Source: Squalus acanthias (lineage: Eukaryota). From it: 64,000 nucleotides of DNA. The translations under genes and the position numbers were made by a program. Every line of letters starts with the position of its first letter. Within the stretch, counting starts at the first letter, position 1. Positions 12,989-25,680 of the stretch are shown here, piece after piece. The notes under the pieces are model-generated. The model did not search any database. It was not told the DNA's origin and was given only the letters and a program-made list of their open reading frames with translations. The stretch is from positions 62,746,001-62,810,000 of the forward strand of contig CM059432.1 in the NCBI GenBank assembly GCA_030390025.1. The letters run 5' to 3'.

Positions 12989-14502
12989 ATAGAGCTTCCA
13001 ATGTAATCAATGGAAATTAAGGTTGGATGGTTTCTATAAGGAGCGGCCAATCCACAATGGCAGTGTTATGGCTGGGTGGCAAGTTGAAAATCTATCGCTT
13101 CATCCTCTGTTGAATTCCCTATCAAATTATCAATGGTATTTCAGCATCAAAATTACACCAAAACATGCCAAAATATATTGAAGTAAATAACGAGATATGA
13201 CTAATACTGAAATATTTACTTTTACAGAGAAACCTTATATAAGTAACTTGCATTTACAGCTACACAGCGTATTAAAGGGCGGGGGGGGGGGGGGAAGTGG
13301 GTGTGTGTGGGGCAGGGGGTAGGGGGTAAATTTTCCTTCCTATTCTTTTCAAAATTGGCAGTGTCTTGCATTATGTCTTTATCCCTTTACCTTGGTCTCT
13401 CAATTAAAAAATAAAAAGTCCCTGAAAATGTGAAGAGTGTTGATGTGTTTGTACAACTGAATTTTATATTTATCGAATTTTTCAATTGGTTGTGGAGGTA
13501 ACATCAGGCACCATATATCGGATTGATATGATGAAAGGTGAAACACATTACTACGCATGTGCAGCTTAAATGTAACTCATTTTGGTTTTGCAAATTTGCA
13601 CTGAACTGAGACCCCCAGCTGTGAAAGAACTCAGGAAAAATTATTTTAAAAATTATATTTAATGTTTGCCAGCTAAGGTCCTTACATTTCATTACTCCCC
13701 AGAGATCCTGTAACATTTTCTGGACCATGTTACATTTTTTTTTAATTAAGTAATTTCTTTCCTTTAGCACAGAACAACGCACCCAAGCAATTCTAAGCCT
13801 CTAGGGAAGAGGTTAAACGACAGTAATGGTGCATGATTGTGTCGTTCATGTCATTAGAGCATTCCATATCCGTGAGGCGCACATATGTAGCTAGATTTTG
13901 TTTGTGAGAATTTATCCCAAAGAATATTTATTGAGACAGCAGTTTTGAAGTGATCTGTTTATAAACATTGGCTTCCCTATGAATTTTATCTTGCCATTAA
14001 ATCAGACAGAGAAGCAGCCTGCAATCTTTGAATAGATTCCTGTGTTGAAGTGATCAGGTTTATGTGCTGCAGGTAACACAGTATAATGCAACTCCACGAA
14101 TTAAGCACAGTAATTAGTTGTACTTGACTGTTAACTCAAAGCATTCGCACACGAGTGTTATAAGATTACTATGTGTTAATGTGAGGAACACACTGATGTG
14201 GCCTGTTCACCTAAAGGCACCAACAGGCCCAAGAATTTCTTGCCATTCTTCTGCTGGGATGTTAGTCAAGAATGATCCAGCTGACAAACAGAGATAAGTA
14301 TCAAATCCTGTTGAACCAAACCAGTCCCAGCTAAAATACCTGGCTCACTGAGGTCAAGCAATTTTACAAACTGTGTAAATATGGCCCACTAAAGGCATCT
14401 GACATCAGCAAAGATTTGTTAAGGTGTTTTGCTGCTGGACAACTCATGGTTCTGGTGTGGTGTGCGAGGTGGATGGAAGCTGAGGCTAAATCTTGAGATA
14501 TA

Positions 14503-14955
14503 AAAAGAAAGAACTTGCCTTTCATGACCTCAGAATATCCCACATTGCTTTACAGCCAATGAAGTACTTTTTGAAATGTAGTCACAATTGTAATGCAGGA
14601 AACACGGCAGGCAATTTGCGCATAGCAAGATCCCACAAATAGCAATGAGATAATGACCAGACAATCTGTTTTAGTGATGTTGGTTGAGGGATAAATATTG
14701 GCCAGGACACCAGGGAGATCTCCCCTGCTCTTCTTAGAATAGTGCCATGGGATCTTTTACGTCCATCTGTGAGGGCAGACAGGCCCTCAGTTTAACGTCT
14801 CATCTGAAAGACGGTACTTCTGACAGTGCTGCACTCCCTCAGTACTGCACTGAAGTGTCAGCTTGGATTCTGTGCTCAAGTCTCTGGAGCGGGACTTGAA
14901 CACACAACCTTCTGACTCAGAGGCACGAGCGCTACCGCAGAGCCAAAACTGACAA
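14503..14955 (-). mobile_element. Deu-domain-type SINE
   Basis: Full-length similarity to 10275-10740. Confidence 0.75.
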
Positions 14956-15548
14956 CTCAGTGCAGAAACATCAAACCCTGGATACTGGGGTAAAACCTTT
15001 GTGATATTTGATGGGGGTGAGGCAGCTTGTTATTATTAGGGATAGAGAAGGTGAAATTCCTCTTTCAATTAAAAACAGGCTTGCTCTTCTCCTCAATTAA
15101 TGTTTGACTCATAAAATTGTATTTGCAGAAGTTGCAGGGTCCAAAACTGTGTAATCCCATGATTCCATTGGTGGATTGTTGATTACAGATTTTTAAACAA
15201 AAATCTCTTTTTTTTAACAAGAGGAGTTTCAGGACATAGAAAAATGCAAGTCATATTTCTATGGGTGCCAGCCAGCATTCAATACCTCAAAAAAGTGGTT
15301 ATTCTTAATTTGTGAAACTAGACAACAAGTGTTGGGAGGCCATTGGATCACGAGGGGCATCATAGCAAAGCCGAGCCTGCTCTCACCTGATGTCCACACA
15401 TGCACCTTTTGACAGGATATTTTGATGAGCAGTGGGAACCTGACTCATCTTCTCTAGCCTAGCGGTTCTGCGATGAATTGTACCATCCCCTTGCCATCTC
15501 TGCTGAGATCAACTAATTAAGTATAACATATTATCTATGGTAATCTAC

Positions 15549-15745
15549 GGCTCTGAAATTAAACTGTGAGAAACTAGTGCATGAACGCTTAACATCTAAA
15601 ATTCATCCCAGCACTATTTTAGTTGATGTGTTAACTCGTTTATTTTAAGCAGATTAACGGCTCTGTTAAAATGGTGGAGGGAGCAATTTCAGATGAATAC
15701 GTTAAGTGTCCATACACCAATGCCCCACAGCTTAATTTCAGGGGC
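15549..15745. repeat. Old palindromic MITE
   Basis: GGCTCTGAAATTAAACTGTG ... CACAGCTTAATTTCAGGGGC inverted ends. Confidence 0.5.
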
Positions 15746-17032
15746 TGTAAAGAATCTCTTAGTATATCTGAACAAAGAAAACACAAGATCAGCATTCAGA
15801 AAATGAAAGAGAAGGAAACAGTCAGTTAAAGTTTAGCATTGTTTTTCAAAGGCATTAAGAATTGACCTATGACCTTTCAGTGAGATGTATTGTTTTAAAT
15901 GTTTAGATTCTTGTCTAAGCTTTATATCCACCATAAAGCGTTAACTGAGATGTTATTGGGCCACTTCAGGGAATTTATTGTTAATTTTTAATATGAGTAA
16001 CCTTTCTTATATTAACCAAAAGTATGCAAAGTGGTGCATTTAATACACTCGTTTCTTTGAATCATTAGAAAAAAAAACCCTAGCCACTCCAGGGAGATTA
16101 TTAAATTACAGCTGGATACTTTTAATTAAAATAAATAAATACAAGTCTAAAAAATATCTCGGTAGAGAGAAAAAAAATCAGCCTCTATCTTTCAGTTTGA
16201 GGGCCTGGCATAGTAGTGATATGTGATAGTTGGCAGTTGTTTGCAGTGTCCCCTAGATGACTCTGGCACTGTAGCTACATGGATTCTTCAGTGTCAGGCT
16301 ACATTGCTGCTGCTGGCTTAGGGAGAGGAAGTGGGTAATAAAACAAAAATCCAAGCTGCTCACTAGAGCCAGTGACTCTGGGGTTGAGTTAATTGCCTCA
16401 AAATGGGAAAGAATTTAAGCTAATTTTTTTTCATTTAATTTGAACTTGTAAAGTTGCCAGTTCTCCTATTTTATATGTGGGGCAGTAACAGTGTTTTTTT
16501 TTCTAGTTTCTTTTACTGATATGGTTTTAACCACCTTCTGGAATGGGACTGTTTGAATTATGAAAGCTTCTTGTGGTTAAATGCTAGTTACCATGGAACT
16601 AGTTATCATGTGAGAGTGTCAGGCTACAGTCCCGGCAGACTGCTGACTCATTAGCCCAGTTTCCATGATTCAGTGAGTGGGTGAATGCACTTCACTTCAT
16701 GTTCAGCCTCATTTACCAATCTGGCGAAGAATTGGACTCAGCAGCACACGTTACTGCTGGGAAGCTGCTGACACACTTTGGCCCAAGGACGGTTGAGATT
16801 GGGGCTTCAGAAACTTAGCGGTAGATCCAATCACCTAGATGCAGTGATGTCTGTGCCATGCCCTCATTATCACGCTGGCGTGTCCTATTGTCTGGAAATA
16901 AATGGTGTAGATTGTAGTTGAACTCCAGCATCGCTCCGGGCCTTTAACATAAAAGTGACATTGACTTATAGAAAACTTATGGCTGAAGAAACAGATCTGT
17001 CATGTCTCACTTATTTGAAGTGAGACTCAGTT

Positions 17033-17182
17033 GTGGTAACTTTAATTTTGGATGATAGTGTAAAACGGGCTCTATTGGATTGGTAGACCGTTAAACACCG
17101 CCTCCTATTTTCTATGAAATGAAAGTCGAGAGATGTGTATATCGTCCGTTTTATGCTATCACCAGAAGTTAAAATGACTCCC
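17033..17182. repeat. Old palindromic MITE (relative at 56388-56522)
   Basis: GATAGTGTAAAACGG / CCGTTTTATGCTATC inverted arms; same motif at ~56410. Confidence 0.5.
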
Positions 17183-18617
17183 AGACTTTGATTTAAAAAT
17201 GTAACCTACTTGATCAACCTGCAGAGCAGGTGAGTGTGGTAGTGTGGGAGAGAGTATTTTATGTGTGTAGGTTTATTTTTAAGAAGCTTGAAAATTTAGA
17301 AAATCTGCTAATGGATCATGCCAAAAACGTATCCATCTAATTAAGTATCTATCTCCCTTACAAAATAGTGAATGTGACTCACCCACCAACCCACCCATTC
17401 TTAGATCTTGACATGGGGCGAAGGCTGCCAGAGAGGAAACATTTCTGTTCTATCCATCTATTAAACCCACTGACCACTTCCATATGAGATTTGGAATGTT
17501 TTTATTTGAGTGCAGTTCCTAACTGAACTCGCAGCTAAACCATATATTGTGCTTCTGAGAACGAAAAAGAATTTAACCCTCTGAATACTAGAGTTCCTGA
17601 AATACAACATGCTGTACAACATTCACCTCCAGAAGTATCAGTAAAATGATGGTATTGAATGCCACACTCCAAGACTTTAATACAACTTCCACATCTGGGG
17701 AAGCTCTTCCAACACCTCTGTCACACTTCTGGACAGGGTACAAGAAAAAGCTTATTGCCTGATTTCTCACTTTTCATCTCTCATTCTGTCTCTCTGTTGT
17801 AGCCTTCATCTGTCTTTATTTTATCTGTCCTCTGAATGTTGCTTGTTCCTTCTAAACTCCAAATACATTGTTTTACAACAATTATATTTATGGTTTTACA
17901 TGCTTTTCCTCCTCCCTACAAACTCCCATGTGTTGAAATCAAGACACATCATACAGTCCCCGACCCTAATCCATTTTTCCTAGGTCCTCAACTGGGAAAC
18001 TCCTGAATTCCTCAGTCTTTCCATTCTCTTACAATTCTCAGACTTTTAAAACTCAAGCTTGACATAATCTAAACACTGCTTCCTGATATACTTTGTCTTC
18101 TCTTGCTGTTTTCAATCTTGGTACAGTTATGTACAATGGGCCTTGTCCCTTTATCTTGACTTCTCACTAAGATATAAATGAAGATGAGAATAAAGAACGT
18201 AATGCAAGAAATGCTTCTTCATTGTATTCAAATTAAGTGAAAACAAAGGGGAATTTGTTTTATTTTTAATGCAATGCTGCAAAATGGCTACCGCTTCACG
18301 CAGGTGATTAGCATGAGGGCTTTTTGTCTAACTGAATGTTGCAGCATATATCTCTTACATCCCATGCCGATTTGGAAGGTCTGATAGCTTTTGGCAGATT
18401 TGGTCCTTTTCACAAGGTAATTCGCAGAGTATTGCATTTTTCTTTTGTGCTCTGCAACATGACTGCTTCTAATATAAATATTTAGAAGCATAAATATCTG
18501 AAACTTGTTTGTTGACTGTTACAGAAGAGTAAATATTAATGCTGCTATGGGTACAGTACACTTGTGCATATAAATTCAATGTAGAGGTTTAGGTGCTTCT
18601 GATGCAGTCCAATAGTA

Positions 18618-19047
18618 ACACGGTGGCATAGTGGTTAGCACTGGTGCCTCACAGCGCCAGGGACCCGGGTTCGAATCTGACCTCGGGTGACTGTCTGTGT
18701 GGAGTTTGCATATTCTCCCCGTGTCTGCGTGGGTTTCCTCCGGGTGCTCCGGTTTCCTCCCACAGTCCAAAAATGTGTGGGTTAGGTTGATTTGGCTATG
18801 ATAAAAAATTGACCCTTAGTGTTAGGGAGGGATTAAATATGTGGGGTTATGGGGATAGGATGGGATATGTTAGGGGGAATTAAATACGTGGGGTTACGGG
18901 GGTAGGGTGGGATATGTGTACTGTGGGGATTAAAGCAGGGACAGGGTGCTGGATTTAGATGATCAGCCATGATCGTATTGAATGGTGGAGCAGGCTCGAC
19001 GGGCCGAATGGCCTACTCCTGCTCCTAGATTCTATGTTTCTATGTTT
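18618..19047 (+). mobile_element. V-SINE (HE1-like) with CR1-derived tail
   Basis: A box TGGCATAGTGG, B box GGTTCGAATC, V domain GTGGAGTTTGCA..CTCCCCGTGTCTGCGTGGGTTTCCTCCGGGTGCTCCGGTTTCCTCCCACA, CR1 3' end (TTCTATG repeats). Confidence 0.85.
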
Positions 19048-19208
19048 ACTAGACCTGCTCTCATACAGCCTGTCCACAATAGAAGATTTGGGGATTATAA
19101 TGTCATGATTATGCAGGCGATCTATGATACCATGTGTAAATTCTCTAGTGCTATTTTATGTAACCAGGGAGCCAAGGAGGGAAGGTAACAGTTTAGATTT
19201 ATCTACTT

Positions 19209-19767
19209 GGTGCGCCTATCCTGCCAATCCATTGGCAGGATAGGCGCACCAACGTCAGTGTTCTCGCTCAGGCCAACATCCCCAGCATCGAAGCTCTGAC
19301 CGCACTCGATCAGCTCAGATGGACGGGCCACATCGTTCGCATGCCCGATACGAGACTCCCAAAACAAGCGCTCTACTCGGAGCTCCGACACGGCAAGAGA
19401 GCCCCAGGTGGGCAGAGGAAACACTTCAAGGACACCCTCAAAGCCTCCTTGAAAAAATGCAACATCCCCACCGAAACCTGGGAATCCCTGGCCCAAGACC
19501 GCACAAAGTGGAGGAGAAGCATCCGGAAGGCGCCGAACACCTCGAGTCTCTTTGCCGGGAGCAAGCGGAAGCCAAGCGCAAACAGCGGAAGGAGCGCACG
19601 TCAACCCAAGCACCCCACCCACCCGCCCCTTCAACCACCGTCTGCCCCTCCTGTGACATAGTCTGTAGGTCCCGCATTGGACTCATCAGTCACCTGAGAA
19701 CTCATTTTAGTGTGGAAGCAAGTCATCCTTGGTTCAGGGACTGCCTAAGAGAAAGAAGAGAGAGAAG
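19209..19767 (+). mobile_element. RTE-clade (BovB-like) LINE 3' fragment
   Basis: WQDRRTNVSVL..QLRWTGHIVRMPDTRLPKQALYSEL..GGQRKHFKDTLK and a terminal CxxC..LISH finger; TSD ATCTACTT (19201-19208, 19768-19775). Confidence 0.9.
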
Positions 19768-20204
19768 ATCTACTTCACACAAAACTGGCAAAAGTATAGA
19801 ACAGACTACTCGGGGAAACAATAGAGGTGGATTGTGTCAGTAACTTCAAGAGAGAATTGAATGTATTGTTAGGGTGTACTGCTAAATATGGCCACCACTG
19901 TCTGGTGTGTATTGTTTATGCTGCCTGAGCTTTGTGAATTACCATATTCAGGTAGGGTAAAGTATTTCTCTCTTGTGTGTTGATAAGGTTATGTTGCCAA
20001 TGTGAAGGCCAGTTTTAGTGACTGGTGTTGTTTCCCTGTTGCCTCAATCCATAGTGACTGTATGTAGGATCCATCTGTACCTTTAAGAGGGAGACCTGGA
20101 GCTCGCTCATGCTCATGGCCGGGAAAAATGTAGGTGCCCCTGGAGGCAGTGTGCTGTATTTAGTTCTAGTGTATGCTGCTGACAAACACTGTGTCACATG
20201 TAAG

Positions 20205-20538
20205 CAATGTTCCCTTTAATTTTTTTGCGGCCCTCCGTAAACTTGAGCTCATCCTAAACTCTGCTCCTGGTATCCTAATTCGCACCAAGTTCCGTTCACC
20301 CATCACCTCTGTGCTCACTAACCTACTTTGGCTCCCGGTTGAGCAATGCCTCCATTTGAAAATTCTCATCCTTGTTTTCAAATCCCTCCATAGCCTCACC
20401 CCTCCCTATCTCTGTAACCTCCTACGGCCCTCCGAGATATCTACATCCATGCACGGTTTTTCCTATTTAAAAGCCGGTGACCCGGTTGTGCGGGAGCTGC
20501 AGAGTGCTATGAGGCCGCGCAACTTAAAGGGAACATTG
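20205..20538. mobile_element. hAT-type MITE containing a captured L2 fragment
   Basis: Perfect 15-bp TIR CAATGTTCCCTTTAA and perfect 8-bp TSD CATGTAAG. Confidence 0.9.
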
Positions 20539-20624
20539 CATGTAAGGTCCTCATAGCAACATTTTTAGTAACAGTAAGGGTTGCAGCAAACTGATCAGGT
20601 TCCCTCCAATGGTCTGGCTCTTTT

Positions 20625-21350
20625 AACATGGTGTCATACTTTACCCCGAGATGAGCTTCTGACCACATATCCGCTCCATCACCAAGACCGTCTACTTCCA
20701 CCTCTGTAACATCCTCCGACTCCGCCGCTGCCTCAGCTCATCTGCTGCTGAAATCCTCATCCATGCTTTTATTACCTCTAGACTTGACTATACCAACGCA
20801 CTCCTGGCTGGTTTCCCTTCTTCCACCCTCAGTAAATTTGAGCTCATCCAAAACTCTGCTCCTGGTATCCTAATTTGCATCAAGTTCCGTTCACCCATCA
20901 CCTCTGTGCTCGCTAACCTACTTTGGCTCCCGGTTGAGCAATGCCTCCATTTGAAAATTCTCATCCTTGTTTTCAAAACCCTCCATAGCCTGACCCCTCC
21001 CTATCTCTGTAACCTCCTTCAGCCCTACGGCCCTCCGAGATATCTACATTCCTCCAATGCTGGTCTCCTGTGCATCCCCAATTTTAATCGCTCCACCATT
21101 GGCAGCCATGCCTTCAGCATCTTAGGCCCTAAGCTCTGGAATTCCTTCCCTAAACCTCTCCGCCTCTCTTTCCTTCTTTAAGATGCTCCTTTGAACTTAC
21201 CTCTTTGGCCAAGCTTTTGGTCATCTGCCCTAATATCTCCTTATGCGGTTTGGTGTCAAAATTTGTTTGATAACGCTCCTGTGAGCACTTTGGGACGTTT
21301 TACTATGTTAAAGGCACGATATAAATGCAAGTTGTTGTTGTTGTTGTTGG
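20625..21350 (+). mobile_element. L2 LINE 3' fragment
   Basis: SRLDY.NALLAG..LWLPVEQCLHLKILIL..KLWNSFPK; (GTT)n tail at ~21331-21348. Confidence 0.9.
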
Positions 21351-21939
21351 TGCAGTCCTTTAAGTGTGGCCTTGTATCTCCACCTTCCCCGCCAAGGTTT
21401 CTGGGACTCCTTGATGTTACTGCCCTATTGCTAGCAGGACTCTCGACTATGTGCCACCCAACGATATAATATCGATTTTTTCACACCATGGATGCCCAGA
21501 GCCTCCACCCCACTGCACTTCCACCAGCAGAGCAGGTGGGCAGGAATTTCAGAGTCAGAGTCATTTACAGAAGCTGGTGATAACGGCAAGTTGTTGCAGT
21601 CAGCCCAAATAAAACAGCAGCTTTTAACTGAATGTTGAAAGGGTTAAACTGACGAATCAGTCAGTTGTGTTACTTTGATGGGCTTTCTTTGCATATAATT
21701 CAAATGAAAGAAAGACGGTAGCCACCCAATCCCTACACAAACGCTCAGAGAGCAGAGCCTTGCACACAATGAAGAGGAGATCCCATATTTACTTTTTGCA
21801 GGCAGCACATGCTATGGCAGGCCTTGGCGGTCCCCATTTGGTTAAGGAGCCGACCTCCTTTATTTAAATGACCCAGAGGCTGGAAGCCCATGGCAGGTGG
21901 TTGAAATGGAAAATCACGGTCAGCATGTCAGGAATCTAT

Positions 21940-22345
21940 TCAGCAAGGGTGTGGGGGGGGAATCACTTCTGATACAAATCCTATCCTTACCTGCTGTCTA
22001 CATATGTGTACGTTTTGGTAAAAGTAATTGGAAAGCGATCATAAGCTGGAAACTTGGTTGATTTTTTTCCCTACTTCAGCCTGGGCTTCTGAGATTAATT
22101 GCAATAAGTGTATATATAGCAGAATCTTGTTGTATGCAATGCATTAGTAGCAACAATAAAATAAAAGATTTATAATTGGAATTGGATCCAACAATCAGGA
22201 TACTCCCATATGAGTTTAATCTGGTACTATTGGGATCAGCTGTCTCAGCACGGACTGGGAATCGAGCCTGGGAGCTTTCTGGTCCATATGGCACAATTTC
22301 TATTCTGGGCAGTGCACTTAACAACTGAGGTACTGGGGGAGCAAG
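21940..22345 (-). mobile_element. Ancient tRNA-derived SINE remnant (related pieces near 3780-4030, 15330-15520, 34555-34750)
   Basis: Degenerate tRNA-like head on the minus strand (CCAGGCTCGATTCC B-box-like); shared GCTGAGATC / CTCAGCAC.GA motifs among copies. Confidence 0.45.
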
Positions 22346-22949
22346 CTCACTGACTGTATCCAACACTAGTAATAAATCATTTCTTTAACTATCTACTAAT
22401 TTATTGCAAATAACAGGATTCCTATTTTACAATGTTAAATTTAAAACATTTGTGAGCTGATGTGACAGAACAGCTATAACATTCATAAATGCCAACCTAC
22501 AAAATTTGGCAAAGCCAACAAACAGCTTCAAAAAGCTGACATATTCCCAAAAAAGCTGACAACTCAAAGAAAACAACAAACTGAAAAATAGCCCTGACTT
22601 AAAGCCTATGACCAAGGCCACTGCTTCAAGGCAGTTGGATTAATTAAATTCCTTTGGATCTCAGGACTTTTATTAATGTTTTAGGATTACATACTGCAAT
22701 TCAGGTTGTTTTTCTGTGAAAACTGAAACTCAGTGGTCTCACATTGATCTACAAAAAGAAATAGTTACAATGATAGTGCAGTGGGACATGGACTTGCCAT
22801 GACTCCAGCTGCAGCTATACCCAACTTCCATCAGTTGTACTCTTTCAATGTGCTTCTCCTTGCCCTTATTTTCATCCTTGTGAACACCTCACCCTCTCTC
22901 CTTACAGGATATATATCTTTTGTCATATAATTCAAAGGGTAAGCAGAGC

Positions 22950-24655
22950 ATATAGCAAATTCCTACAAAGAGCAAATGAGATGACTGACCAGTTAATCTG
23001 TTTTTGGTGGTGTTGGTTGAGAGAGGAATGTTGACCAGGAGACTATGAGAATTACTCTGCTCTTCTTTCCATAGTGTCATGGAATATGTCATGTCCACTT
23101 GAGCAGGCAGAATGGGAATTAGTTTGATACCTTATCCGAAAGATGGCCCCTACAACAATGGACATAAGAACATAAGAAATAGGAGCAGGAGTAGGCCATT
23201 TGGCCCCTCGAGCCTGCTCCGCCATTCAATAAGATCATGGCTGATCTTCTACCTCATCTCCACTTTCCTGCACTATCGATCTATCTATCGATCTCTGTCT
23301 TGAATATACTCAACGCCGGCATCTCCGCATCTTGAATATACTCAACGACTGAGCCCCCACAGCCCTTTGGGGTAAAGAATTCTAAAGATTCACCACCCTC
23401 TGAGTGAAGAAATTTTTCCTCATCTCAGTCCTAAATGGCTGACCGCTTATGGTGAGACTGTGACCCCTGGTTCTAGACTCCCCAGCCAGGGGAAACATGC
23501 TCCCTGCATCTACCCTGTCAAGCCCTGTAAGAATTTTGTATGTTTCAATGAGATCACCTCTCATTCTTCTAAACTCTAGAGAATATAGGCCTAGTCTACT
23601 CAATCTCTCCTCATAGGACAATCCCCCCATTCCAGGAACCAGTCTGGTGAACCTTCATTGCACTCCCTCTATGGCAAGTATATCCTTCCTTAGGTAAGGA
23701 GACCAAAACTGTACACAATACTCCAGGTGTGGTCTCACCAGGGCCCGATATAATTGCAGTAAGATGTCTTTACTCTTATACTCAAATCCTCTTGTAATAA
23801 AGGCCAACATATCATTTGCTTTCCTAATTGCTTGCTGTACCTGCATGTTAACTTTCAGTGATTCGTGTACAAGGACACCCAGGTCTCTCTGAATACCAAC
23901 ATTTCCCAATCTCTCACCATTTAAAAAATACTCTGCTTTTCTATTTTTCCTACCAAAGTGGATAACTTCACATTTCTCCACATTATATTCCATTTTCCAT
24001 GTTCTTGCCCACTCACTTAGCCTGTCTATATCCCCTTGAAGCCTCCTTGCATCCTCCTCACAACTTACATTCCCACCCAGCTTTGTATCATCAGCAAACT
24101 TGGATATATTACATTTTGGTCCCCTCATCCAAATCATTGATGTAGATTGTGAATAGCTGAGGCCCAAGCACTGATCCTTGCGGTACCCCACTAGTTACAG
24201 CCTGCCAACCTGAAAATGACCCGTTTATTCCTACTTTCTGTTTTCTGTCCGTTAACCAATCCTCAATCCATGCTAGTATATTACCCCCAATCCCATGAGC
24301 CCTAATTTTGTTTAATAACCTCTTGTGTGGCACCTTATCGAATGCCTTCTGAAAATCCATATACACCACATCCACTGGTTCCCCCTTATCTATTCTGCTA
24401 GTTATAACCTCAAAAAACTCTAACAGATTTGTCAAACACAATTTCCCTTTCATAAATCCGTGTTGACTCTGCCCAATCCTATTATTATTTTCTAGGTGCC
24501 CTGTTACTACGTCCTTAATAATAGATTCTAGCATTTTCCCTACTATTGATGGAGTGCTCCCTCAATACTGAACTTAAGCATCAGCCGGAGTGGGCCTTGA
24601 ACCCACAAATTTCTGACTCAGAGGTAAGAATGCTGGCAACTGAGCCAAGCTGAGG
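22950..24655 (-). mobile_element. Deu-type SINE split by a CR1 insertion (SINE parts 22950-23150 and 24551-24655)
   Basis: The two halves continue the 10275-type consensus on either side of the CR1. Confidence 0.65.
23163..24550 (-). mobile_element. CR1 LINE, 3' 1.4 kb (reverse transcriptase + 3' UTR)
   Basis: [60 protein letters not shown]; (TTCTTATG)n tail. Confidence 0.95.
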
Positions 24656-24832
24656 CATAAAGGGTACCGATAGTAGGGCAAATGTGTAAAGTCAGTTTCA
24701 AAAGTAGTTCTGTACTATAATTGAAGTATTAGTGATGTGTAGTGCTGTTTATCTGTCCAAATAAGTGGCAATAGCTTCCAAATGGAACACTGTTGCGTCT
24801 CTTTTGAAGGCACCCTTTAGTCATACAACTCT

Positions 24833-25680
24833 ACAACAACAACAACTTGCATTTATATATCACCTTTAACGTAGCAAAAGTCCCAAGGCGCTCACAGGAG
24901 CTTTATCAAACTGAATTTGACACTAAGCCACGTAAGGAGATATTAGGACAGATGAGATAGGTTTTAAGGAATGCCTTAAAGGAGGAAAGAGAGTTAGAGA
25001 GGCAGAGAGGTTTAGGGAGGGAATTCCAGAGCTTAGGGCCCAGGCAGCTGAAGGCACGACCACCAATGGTAGAGTGATTAAAATCAGGGATGCGCAGAAG
25101 GCCAGAATTGGAGGAGCGCAGATATCTTGAAGGCTTGTAGGGCTGGAGGAGGTTACAGAGATAGGGAGGGGCGAGGCATGGAGGGATTTGAAAACAAGGA
25201 TGAGAATTTTAAAATAGAGGTGTTGCCAGACTGGGAGCCAATGTAAGTCAGCGAGCACAGGGGTGATGGGCGAACGGGACTTGTGCGGTTTGGATACGGG
25301 CAGCAGAGTTTTGGATGAGCTCAAGTTTATGTAGGGTGCAAGATGGGAGGCCGGCCAGGAGAGCATTGGAATAGTCAAGTCTAGAGCAATGTTCCCCATA
25401 AGCCGTGCACATGTGTGGCCGCAGCCGTGCAGTAATCTGCAAGGTCCCGCGCAGGTCGCTCACAAACGTTTATATTGGAAATACTGCACATGCACAGAAA
25501 TTTAAAGGGACCGTGCATTGAAAGAAACAGGGTGCACAGAACAAAGCACAGCTTACTGGGACCGTTGCTTTAAAGGTAAGAAAGGTGTGGATGAGGGTTT
25601 CAGTAGCAGGTGAGCTGTGGCAGGGGCGGAGACGGGTGATGTTCCGGAGGTGGAAGTAGGCAGTCTTGATGATGAAGCCT
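24833..25680 (-). mobile_element. L2 LINE 3' fragment with nested MITE
   Basis: Colinear with 884-1560; LHWLPVWQHLYFKIL peptide. Confidence 0.88.
25387..25567. mobile_element. hAT-type MITE related to 20205-20538
   Basis: CAATGTTCCC ... GGGACCGTTG ends; interrupts L2 at CTAGAG|GTAA; TSD degraded. Confidence 0.65.

Noticed and set aside
18380..18425. Possible host micro-exon (TTGGCAG..AAG|GTAATT)
   Set aside because: Splice-like motifs alone, with no recognisable peptide or partner exons.
18618..18690. tRNA gene (also 29210-29280)
   Set aside because: The A and B boxes run straight into the V-SINE body, so these are SINE heads.
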